Origin: Candidatus Thorarchaeota archaeon
Lineage (GTDB): Archaea; Asgardarchaeota; Thorarchaeia; Thorarchaeales; Thorarchaeaceae
Direction of reading: 5' to 3'
Length of the DNA stretch: 35,933 nt
NCBI GenBank assembly: GCA_003345595.1
Contig: PRDI01000114.1
Location: forward strand, 1-35,933
The notes beneath the pieces are model-generated. The model saw nothing but the letters and a program-made list of their open reading frames with translations. It ran no database searches and was not told the origin of the DNA. Positions 26,951-34,383 of this stretch are shown piece after piece (position 1 is the stretch's first letter; each line of letters opens with the position of its first letter). The position numbers and the translations under genes were made by a program.

Positions 26951-27265
26951 TCACTCAGTGGGCTTCTCAGGTTCCTCTTCAGCACGAAGAGCAAGAAAGT
27001 CACCTGACACTCTCTGAGCGATTACGCGTCGAGCAGCTTTGCCGGGCTCGGTGAAAGGCACCCAAGCTCCTCCAGCAAAGACCATACCACACTTGTGGCA
27101 CATCCAGAGACCCGCAGCCTGCCGCTTTATTGCCTTTGTCGCACAGGACGGACAACGATGAGGCTCTCTACGCTTGAGCTCTATGTCTAGAACTCGCCGG
27201 CGCAGCTTTGAGCCATACCTTGCGCCGAATCTGCCTGTGCTGTTCACCTTCTTGGTATGTGGCAA
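26951..27265 (-). CDS. rpl37ae: 50S ribosomal protein L37Ae (eL43)
   Basis: TGRFGARYG, CPSC, GLWMCHKC, FAGGAWVP. TTG start after AGGAG. Confidence 0.96.
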   Translation of the reverse strand: MPHTKKVNSTGRFGARYGSKLRRRVLDIELKRREPHRCPSCATKAIKRQAAGLWMCHKCGMVFAGGAWVPFTEPGKAARRVIAQRVSGDFLALRAEEEPEKPTE

Positions 27266-27292
27266 ACTACTGGTCTCCTGTTTAGTTACCCC

Positions 27293-27356
27293 GTGAAGCC
27301 AGTCATGCCCCCATGACGAGAGCCGACCGGGCTTGAGTTTCGCCCGTTGGCTTCAC
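27293..27356 (-). promoter_or_regulatory. Putative structured RNA (three-way junction) upstream of rpl37ae
   Basis: Perfect 9-bp outer stem GTGAAGCCA/TGGCTTCAC enclosing a 6-bp and a 5-bp hairpin. Confidence 0.5.
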
Positions 27357-27388
27357 TTATTAGCGTATCTATGAATCAACGTAACAGA

Positions 27389-27414
27389 GGAGGTGCCGCC
27401 GAAGCGACAACCCC
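27389..27414 (-). other. C(UUCG)G tetraloop hairpin just after the rrp42 stop
   Basis: Minus strand reads GGGGU-UGUCGC-UUCG-GCGGCA-CCUCC. Its G-U pairs form only in this orientation. Confidence 0.5.
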
Positions 27415-27425
27415 AATGTCACGGT

Positions 27426-28253
27426 TCACTTCACCGACTTCACAGCGTCTTCTGTGATCTTCCGGATGTCCTTGGACCGCTCGATGGCCATGTCGATTGC
27501 GCCTTCAATCTGCTTCATCGATATCGGGCCGATACCACCACCCTTCTGCATCGCAGTCAGGTTGTCGTTTTGGTCAATGGCCATTGTCAGTCTGCAGTCT
27601 TGTACGAACTCCTCTTTGAGGATGGGGTCAATGACGAGACTAGTCCCGATCTTGGCAATGGTACACTCCACAGCGAGATTCTTGATTGGGATCTTCATGA
27701 GACGACCCGATGGCACGAGTTCCTTGTCTTCTATCTTCATCTCGGGAAATGTCGTAGTCATCATAGCCACGTTCGACGCGATCGAAGACGCATCAATCAG
27801 GTTTCCATCATGCTCCAGAGGATAGATGTCTACGAAGACCATGTACACCTTCTTTCCCGCCTCGATGCACAGTGCCTTTGCATCAACGGTCTCGGATTCG
27901 CGGACACCACGGTCCACGACCCTGGCCAGTTCAATTGCGTCCTCCTTCGGAGGTCCCGCCTCGAACATTGGCGATGCGATTGGTGCCATCTCAGCCGATA
28001 TCATTGTGACGCCTTCATCAGGTGTGTCGGGGTAGGGTTCACCAACAAGAACCTTGATGCCTGCAATCACGCTCGTATTGCCGAGTTTGACAATGCATGA
28101 ACCATCTGCCTTCGCTGGGACCACATCTACTTGAACCTCGATGGGCCGGTATTGGTCCAGTGCTCTGCCGTCAATTCGCTCTCCCTTCTTGAGAAGATCC
28201 ATCACATAGTTGCGGTCTATGTGGCTTACCACTTCAGCACTAAAGTCGCCCAT
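27426..28253 (-). CDS. rrp42: Exosome complex component Rrp42
   Basis: RIDGRALDQYR, KADGSCIVKLGNT, PYPDTPDEG, ELARVVDRGVRES, DGNLIDA. Confidence 0.96.
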   Translation of the reverse strand: MGDFSAEVVSHIDRNYVMDLLKKGERIDGRALDQYRPIEVQVDVVPAKADGSCIVKLGNTSVIAGIKVLVGEPYPDTPDEGVTMISAEMAPIASPMFEAGPPKEDAIELARVVDRGVRESETVDAKALCIEAGKKVYMVFVDIYPLEHDGNLIDASSIASNVAMMTTTFPEMKIEDKELVPSGRLMKIPIKNLAVECTIAKIGTSLVIDPILKEEFVQDCRLTMAIDQNDNLTAMQKGGGIGPISMKQIEGAIDMAIERSKDIRKITEDAVKSVK

Positions 28254-28255
28254 TC

Positions 28256-29092
28256 CTACTCATCCTCCTCTTCGTCGTCATATTCGGACTCGCCAAGGTC
28301 CGTTTCGAGGTCGTCCTCGTACTCCGTGCCAACGTCCTCTTCTTCCTCTTCCTCTGAGGCCTCTGGAGCCCTCTTAGCGTAGGCTCTCTTGAGAGCGTCC
28401 TTCTGGAGTTCGTGGATGTATTTGCAGCCGGTTATCCCCATCTGGATTGCTTCTAGGAACTCCTCACGAGTGAAAGAGCCGTCTTGTTGAAGCAGTGTCA
28501 ACTCCTCAGTGCGAGGGATGATGGCGATGGGAATATCACCCTGACCATACTTGTCTTCCTCGTCGCCGAGATCGAGGACTAGCTTGCCGTCAGCCTTTCC
28601 AACTGCAACTGCAGGGACGAGACTGCGCATCGGGATACCTGCATCTGCTAACGCAAGTGACGCAGCAGTGATTGACGCACAACGGGTCCCACCATCAGCC
28701 TGAATGACTTGGATGAAGACATCGACAACGGCCTTTGGAAATTCCTCTAAGAATAGTGCAGGTTCCAGTGCATTGCCCATGACCATCGAGATCTCTCGTT
28801 CCCGGCGAGATGGAGCAGCTCGCTTCCTGTCGGGCACAGAAAAGGTTGCCATTCGATAGACGCATCTCAGGTATGCTCTGTCATTCAATGCTAGGTGTCG
28901 TGGATGAAGCTCTCTGGGGCCGTATACCGCAGCAAGGATGTAGGTCTTGCCCTGTCGTATTGAAGCCGACCCATCGGCAGTCTTCAGCACGCCACACTCA
29001 AGCTCAATCTTCCTCAGTTCATCAGGTCTCCGCCCATCCAACCTCAGGCCTTCAGGGTTGATAAGAAAGTCAGGTCTAGTTTCTGGACTCAT
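28256..29092 (-). CDS. rrp41: Exosome complex exonuclease Rrp41 with long acidic C-terminal tail
   Basis: RLDGRRPDELR, ADGSA, VYGPRE, PSRREREIS, QADGGTR, catalytic DLGDEED. Confidence 0.96.
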   Translation of the reverse strand: MSPETRPDFLINPEGLRLDGRRPDELRKIELECGVLKTADGSASIRQGKTYILAAVYGPRELHPRHLALNDRAYLRCVYRMATFSVPDRKRAAPSRREREISMVMGNALEPALFLEEFPKAVVDVFIQVIQADGGTRCASITAASLALADAGIPMRSLVPAVAVGKADGKLVLDLGDEEDKYGQGDIPIAIIPRTEELTLLQQDGSFTREEFLEAIQMGITGCKYIHELQKDALKRAYAKRAPEASEEEEEEDVGTEYEDDLETDLGESEYDDEEEDE

Positions 29093-29095
29093 TCT

Positions 29096-29848
29096 TTATC
29101 TCCAGTCCTCCTTGTCAGTGTCACTCTCATTTTTCTCAACATGTACGCTCTCGGTCCCCTTGAGCTTGGCCTTCTCCTCCTCAAGCATTGCAGCAATCCT
29201 GTCGGTCAGCTTTGACGTGTGAGCCTGTTCCTCGATCATCTTGAAGGCCTTGATAGCAAGACGCAGAGTTGGTAAGTCGGAGGCACGAATCCAGATTCTG
29301 CCATTCTGACCCACTACTGTCTGTATGCGTATCTTGTCCTTGATCATGTTGATCATGGAACCCCTCCTTCCGATTATTCGAGGAATCTTCGCAGGACTCA
29401 CCTCAAGGACCATACCGTCAGTGAGCTTCCTGAAGCCTCTGCCTTTCATCGAAAGGAACGGCCCGCTGTTTCTGTCAAAGGTTAACACTTCGGCGGACAC
29501 CACATCGCCAATGTCCATGTAGTGAGAAATGTCCTCATCGTACGGGCGCCTCAATGCGTTGTTGGCATGAAGTGATGCACCGTAGGGACCGCCAATGTCG
29601 ATCTTCCAATTATTACCGGCGACCATGGTCACCGTTCCAATCACGAGGTCGCCTTCTCGAGGAATGTAGACACCCTCAAGTGCGACCACTTTCACTGTGT
29701 TTCCCCGCAGCTCTGCAAGACCTACTAGGGCTGAGAATATCTTCCCATCAATGTCTGAGTAGGTTCCCGTGGATGGCCGATATCTTCCCTCGGCCAAGAG
29801 CTGGCCCGGGACAACTATTTCTCTCTTCTGAAAGAATATGCCTGCCAA
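29096..29848 (-). CDS. rrp4: Exosome complex RNA-binding protein Rrp4
   Basis: IVVPGQLL, YIPREGDLVIG (S1 domain), PAKIPRIIGRRGSM (KH domain), GQNGRIW. Confidence 0.96.
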   Translation of the reverse strand: MAGIFFQKREIVVPGQLLAEGRYRPSTGTYSDIDGKIFSALVGLAELRGNTVKVVALEGVYIPREGDLVIGTVTMVAGNNWKIDIGGPYGASLHANNALRRPYDEDISHYMDIGDVVSAEVLTFDRNSGPFLSMKGRGFRKLTDGMVLEVSPAKIPRIIGRRGSMINMIKDKIRIQTVVGQNGRIWIRASDLPTLRLAIKAFKMIEEQAHTSKLTDRIAAMLEEEKAKLKGTESVHVEKNESDTDKEDWR

Positions 29849-29927
29849 TGTATTTCCATTCCCTCATTGTGAAGTTCTGTTTTTATCATCCGTGAATGAT
29901 CATCAATGCTATGGCCGTGCGTAAGGG

Positions 29928-30674
29928 CTACCTGACGAGCTCAATATGCACTTGCCCTTTCGAGAGCTTGTTCAGCTCATCGTACAACGCCTGTCTCCCT
30001 GAAGGAGGTACCTCGACAACCCCAGTCCACGAGCCGTCTTGTTCCCAACTCTCAGACTTGATCACACCAACATTGGCCACCATGTTGTAGCCTTTACCGG
30101 AGTATGCGGCTGGAATCATTATCCTCAGTTGAACACTGTCGAACGATATGGGTATGACAGTGCGGAGGGCCTTTACGACGTTCGGCACCTGTTCGTCAAC
30201 TCTGATGAAGGGGTCGACACGCACCTTGGCTTCCTGCATCGCTTGACGAATTCTGTCAGGAGGGTGAGGATGACCTGTCTGCGGATTCATCGCCCCTTTG
30301 GCGATGTTGGCTACTATGGCCTCCGTCTTCTCCTTCAGAAGCAGCTCCCGCTGATCATGTGTGAGCTTGAACTCGCCATGTTTTATGATCTCAGGTGCTA
30401 TCTCGAATATCTCGCTGGTCCCGAAGGTGTCCTTGACCGAGTCCTCTGAGGCGTGGTCACCTCGCATAGCGTCCTCATATATTTCGTAGGCCTTCAGTAT
30501 GTCTTCAAGTGGAATATCCTCTCCACGCCTGTATCTGAAAGCGAGGTCGGGATTGACAAGAAGCTCAAACCGGAGATGTCCCTTCTGTATGCCTATGACT
30601 ACAGCGTCGAGATCAAGCCACTTCTCGCCGATTTTGGTGCCTCTGCTACCCCAGCCCATCAACCTGACATCCAA
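29928..30674 (-). CDS. sdo1: Ribosome maturation factor SBDS/Sdo1
   Basis: RFELLVNPD, FGTSEIFEI, NPQTGHPHPPDRI, IPISFD, WEQDGSW. Confidence 0.95.
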   Translation of the reverse strand: MDVRLMGWGSRGTKIGEKWLDLDAVVIGIQKGHLRFELLVNPDLAFRYRRGEDIPLEDILKAYEIYEDAMRGDHASEDSVKDTFGTSEIFEIAPEIIKHGEFKLTHDQRELLLKEKTEAIVANIAKGAMNPQTGHPHPPDRIRQAMQEAKVRVDPFIRVDEQVPNVVKALRTVIPISFDSVQLRIMIPAAYSGKGYNMVANVGVIKSESWEQDGSWTGVVEVPPSGRQALYDELNKLSKGQVHIELVR

Positions 30675-30678
30675 CTCC

Positions 30679-31419
30679 TTAGGGCTTCTTCTCGGACTTC
30701 GGTGGCGCCAGGAAACCGTCTATCTCTGACCTAGAGAACCTGTAGAACTGGCGGTCGTTAACCGCTATCCTAGCGATTTCAACGTTCTCAGAAGTCAGGG
30801 TGGTCTCACTCGCTTGACGAAGCGCATCGAGTGCAACGCCGACTGCCTGCGAGAGCTTGACCTTGCGTTTGTACTGTTTCTCCAGGTACTCTCCCGCCCG
30901 AGTGCTGCCACGCCCGATTACTGCAGCCAAGAAACCGAAGTAAGTCCCAACAGGGTCAGTCACAAACAAACGAGGTTGACTGTCGGCATCAACAGACCCG
31001 ATTATCATCGCGACTCCAAAGGGACGTCCTCTTGCGTCTAGAGTGAAGAGCGACTTGATATCGCATATGTGTTCGGCCAAGGTTTCTGCAGGAATTGGTT
31101 CCTCATATGTCAGCCAGTATGACTGTGCCTTGATCCTCGCTTCCTGAATCAAGCGACGCGCATCTGCCATGAAGCCTGACGTGGCAACCCCAACGTGCTC
31201 GTCGACCTTTGAGATCTTCTCGACACTGTCAGGTTCTTGCAACGGCATCATCTTCTTCTCAGCCAAGAGAATCACACCATCATTGACGAGAATGCCTATG
31301 GATGTCGCGCCCTGCTCGACTGCCTTCTTAGCATATTCCGCAGCGAATATGCGGCCGTCTGGACTGAATATACTCGTGCTCATGTCATAGCCGGCGCCGC
31401 TGATTCCAAACACACTCAT
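30679..31419 (-). CDS. psmA: Proteasome subunit alpha
   Basis: YDMSTSIFSPDGRIFAAEYA, GATSIG, SGFMADAR, RPFGVA, LFVTDPVG. ATG at 31419 follows GGAGG. Confidence 0.95.
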   Translation of the reverse strand: MSVFGISGAGYDMSTSIFSPDGRIFAAEYAKKAVEQGATSIGILVNDGVILLAEKKMMPLQEPDSVEKISKVDEHVGVATSGFMADARRLIQEARIKAQSYWLTYEEPIPAETLAEHICDIKSLFTLDARGRPFGVAMIIGSVDADSQPRLFVTDPVGTYFGFLAAVIGRGSTRAGEYLEKQYKRKVKLSQAVGVALDALRQASETTLTSENVEIARIAVNDRQFYRFSRSEIDGFLAPPKSEKKP

Positions 31420-31625
31420 GTCCTCCAAGTAGTACTCGCTGCAACTGTCGGAAGTCAGAACCTCAGATCGGACAAAGCTAACAGGTCCGGCCAGTTGACC
31501 GCGATTCTCTCGATGCATCCAGCAATCAGCAATTCTGCCACTGGATTAAGAGGGCTTACCTTGGGCATAACACATAAAGCTTCTGGTGCCACCCTTGTTC
31601 GGAACTGAGGAAACCGAAGATGCAT

Positions 31626-32063
31626 TCAGTCCTGAAGTAGGTAGAGGTACACTACAAAAGCCAGACAGAGCACCACGCTCGCCGATCCCACACCAGAACC
31701 GAACATCAAGAAGGACAAGAGTGCTTCAAGTATCAACATGATGACGATTTCTGTCCACCCAGCACGTATCTGACTGAGCCCGAGCTTGACATTCACGACT
31801 GTCACTGTGCTGAACACAAAGAAGCCGAACATGAACATGATCTCAAGGACAACGGGGATGTAAGGATTCAAGGAGTCCAAGTACTTGACGGGGCTGGTGA
31901 TGTCAGGAGCGGACCACGCCCAGAAGGCAATCGCGAGAAACAGGAAGATCACGGCAAGGACAATCGTGATGATTGAGGATTTTATGATCTCGCCACGCTC
32001 AGGAGTTTCGTCACTCACAGCCGTTGTCACCGACCTTGGCGCCGCCGGAATCCGATGCCTCAC
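31626..32063 (-). CDS. Four-TM hypothetical membrane protein
   Basis: Four long hydrophobic segments. Start may be GTG 32018. Confidence 0.75.
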   Translation of the reverse strand: MRHRIPAAPRSVTTAVSDETPERGEIIKSSIITIVLAVIFLFLAIAFWAWSAPDITSPVKYLDSLNPYIPVVLEIMFMFGFFVFSTVTVVNVKLGLSQIRAGWTEIVIMLILEALLSFLMFGSGVGSASVVLCLAFVVYLYLLQD

Positions 32064-32133
32064 TTAAACATACCGCCAGACAGTCGGCTTGACTTCATTC
32101 CTTGGCAAGGTGTCTGACAGGTCTGCCGAAGAA

Positions 32134-33063
32134 TCAGTGCCTATGATTGGCGTCCGACTGAGGCAAGTCGGTTTCAAGAGGCTCCTCAGTCACGTCCGGG
32201 GGTGTACTGACTGAGCCTGCTCGACCGTTTGCTCTCTCACGCATCTTCTTGATCTGCAGGGCGACGACATAGGATAGTGCAGCCAGTATACCCGCTATCG
32301 CACTGGGGGAGGCTCTGAACGCAAATGATGCAGCAAGGCCGGTGAGCTCGGAGAGAAGGGCTATGCAGAATACAACCACGATGACTCCCCTCACTGACCG
32401 GACCAGCTCATTCGAAGCCGCCGCAGGTGCGACCATTATTGCGTAGACCAAGATTGCGCCGACTGCCTTTGTGGCGAGCGCAATGGCAAGTGCAAATGTG
32501 ATGAGCATCAGGTAGTGATATGCACGTGCATTCAGTCCGTGAGCCAAGGACCCTTCCATATCCACGCTGACGTAGACAAACTCCTTGTTGAACATGAGTG
32601 TGACAAACAGTACCAACAGGGCAGTCCCTGCAAGCATGACTATGTCGAAGTCGAGAAGAAGAAGAATGTCGCCTATCAGGTAGCCCCATATCTGGGGAAC
32701 ATCAGTTGGTGGGATGTAGTACATGAGGAAGACGGCGATGCTCATGGAGAGAGCAAATGAAACCCCTACAGCGACCTCCATCTTCTCAGCTAATCCGGAC
32801 TCACCTGCATAGCCAGTCACCAATGCTACAAAGACGGCGAAGAGCAGTGCGCCCAGTATAGGGTCAAACCAAGGGGCAATACCGGAGTCTTGAAGGAACA
32901 ACCCGAGGGCTGCTCCGCCAAGTGCCGCATGAGCCACGCCCGACGCCATGAAAGAGAGACCCCGGAACACAAGGAAGGTCCCACTAGTAGATGCAACGAT
33001 AGCGATGAACACTGCACCGATCACTGCACGCATGAGGAATGGCGGGATGATTATGTCAATCAT
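32134..33063 (-). CDS. Metal ABC transporter permease (ZnuB/MntB family)
   Basis: GTFLVFRGLSFMASGVAHAALGG, YLIGDIL, KAVGAILV...PAAAS. Confidence 0.93.
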   Translation of the reverse strand: MIDIIIPPFLMRAVIGAVFIAIVASTSGTFLVFRGLSFMASGVAHAALGGAALGLFLQDSGIAPWFDPILGALLFAVFVALVTGYAGESGLAEKMEVAVGVSFALSMSIAVFLMYYIPPTDVPQIWGYLIGDILLLLDFDIVMLAGTALLVLFVTLMFNKEFVYVSVDMEGSLAHGLNARAYHYLMLITFALAIALATKAVGAILVYAIMVAPAAASNELVRSVRGVIVVVFCIALLSELTGLAASFAFRASPSAIAGILAALSYVVALQIKKMRERANGRAGSVSTPPDVTEEPLETDLPQSDANHRH

Positions 33064-33859
33064 GGCGATCAAATCCAGAGTCCTTGGTCACACAGTATCT
33101 GTGTCCTCCGTATTCGACGATCTTGGCAGTCGGCCCATAGACGCGGCTGATGAGCTCAGGGTCCATCATGCTGCAGGGCTCGCCAATGCCTACGACGGTG
33201 CCCTTGAGCAGCAACACATTCTCGACCATCGTGTGTAGTGGATTGAGATCGTGTGTCACCACTACAATGCTGACCTCGTTGTTCTGATGATACTCCTCAA
33301 GAGCTTGGACTATGAGATCCTGACTCTCCGCATCGGTCCCACTGAGAGGCTCGTCGAGCATGAGTATCTGCCCCTCCTCAGCCAGTGCTCTGGCCACAAG
33401 CACCCTCTGACGCTGTCCTCCTGACAGCTCCGGAAAAGGCCTGTTCCACATGTCACCCATGTTTACTTGCTTCAATGCATTGCGAGCTATTTCGATGTCG
33501 CGAGAAGAGGCGAATCTTAGGGGCATCTTCTTCAATAGGCGCCCCATCAGTACTATGTCCTTGACCTTCATGGGAACACTCAGGCCAATTCTGTCTCTCT
33601 GGGGAACATAGCGCACCAGTCTTCTTATCTTCCCCTTGTCATGCGTCGAGTCATAGCCAAGTACCTTCACGTGGCCCTTCAGCGGTCTGAGCATGCCCAA
33701 CGCTGTCTTGAGAAACGTGCTCTTTCCTGACCCATTTGGCCCGATGATGGCCATGAAAGTTGGGGCCTTCACTCTGAAGGTGACATCATGGAGTGCCACT
33801 TCACCATTTGGGTACCTCACTGCAAGATCTGCGACGTCGAACAGTAGCTTTGGTTCCAT
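33056..33859 (-). CDS. Metal ABC transporter ATP-binding protein (ZnuC/MntA family)
   Basis: GPNGSGKST, YVPQ, LSGGQRQRVLVARAL, LDEP, VTHDL. Confidence 0.94.
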   Translation of the reverse strand: MEPKLLFDVADLAVRYPNGEVALHDVTFRVKAPTFMAIIGPNGSGKSTFLKTALGMLRPLKGHVKVLGYDSTHDKGKIRRLVRYVPQRDRIGLSVPMKVKDIVLMGRLLKKMPLRFASSRDIEIARNALKQVNMGDMWNRPFPELSGGQRQRVLVARALAEEGQILMLDEPLSGTDAESQDLIVQALEEYHQNNEVSIVVVTHDLNPLHTMVENVLLLKGTVVGIGEPCSMMDPELISRVYGPTAKIVEYGGHRYCVTKDSGFDRHD

Positions 33860-33860
33860 T

Positions 33861-34256
33861 TCAAGACGCCCCAACAAGATTCACTTGGACTCTGACGACC
33901 TTCTTCAGCGCTCGTAGTTTCTTCATGAAGGCCCTCACGCCAGCTGCAGTACCCTTGACCAGCATGACTTCAACGCAGCCGCCGTCCGTGGTATGAACGT
34001 GCATGACAGCCGTCACCATTCTGCTGTAGTTGTGCTGAACATCATCACACTCGTTGTCCTTTCCTTTGTCAGCATAGGTCACTGTGAACACGGCGGTGAT
34101 GTCACCCACTGCCTGTTCGAGTGTTCGATGCTCAACCAGAAGGGACTGGAGTGCGTGTCTGACCACCTCAGACCTGCTTGAGAAGCCGCCGTCGCTCTGC
34201 AGCCGCTTAAGTTCACTCAGGTCGGCATCGGGCATCGATACTGCAACTATCGCCAA
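33861..34256 (-). CDS. nikR: NikR-like ribbon-helix-helix metal-responsive regulator
   Basis: RHH domain IVAVSM...GFSSRSEVVRHAL. The metal-binding ACT-like domain retains QH...HVH-x5-C. Start is TTG 34256 or GTG 34268. Confidence 0.85.
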   Translation of the reverse strand: MAIVAVSMPDADLSELKRLQSDGGFSSRSEVVRHALQSLLVEHRTLEQAVGDITAVFTVTYADKGKDNECDDVQHNYSRMVTAVMHVHTTDGGCVEVMLVKGTAAGVRAFMKKLRALKKVVRVQVNLVGAS

Positions 34257-34279
34257 TTCGAACACCACGACACATTGAT

Positions 34280-34309
34280 ACTGACTGGACTATCTCTGGC
34301 GGAGTCAGT
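34280..34309. promoter_or_regulatory. Putative NikR-type operator, 7-16-7 inverted repeat
   Basis: ACTGACT-N16-AGTCAGT in the nikR/substrate-binding-protein divergent intergenic region. Confidence 0.45.
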
Positions 34310-34383
34310 GAGTCCGGTGTAGTCCGGAATCCTAATAAGAATTCCGAACTTGTTAATATCGAAGCGACCCAAGGAGACTTCAG

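Noticed and set aside
27293-27356. Possible tRNA or hammerhead ribozyme
   Set aside because: Only two internal arms, no TTCRA T-loop or anticodon arm, and no CUGAUGA/GAAA core arrangement.
27393-28100. 235-aa plus-strand ORF and the many other antisense ORFs in the track
   Set aside because: They are shadows of well-identified genes on the opposite strand, with no motifs of their own.
29849-29927. TGATGA/ATGA motifs between SBDS and rrp4 as a C/D sRNA or K-turn
   Set aside because: No CTGA D box and no convincing flanking stems. An internal promoter is equally plausible.
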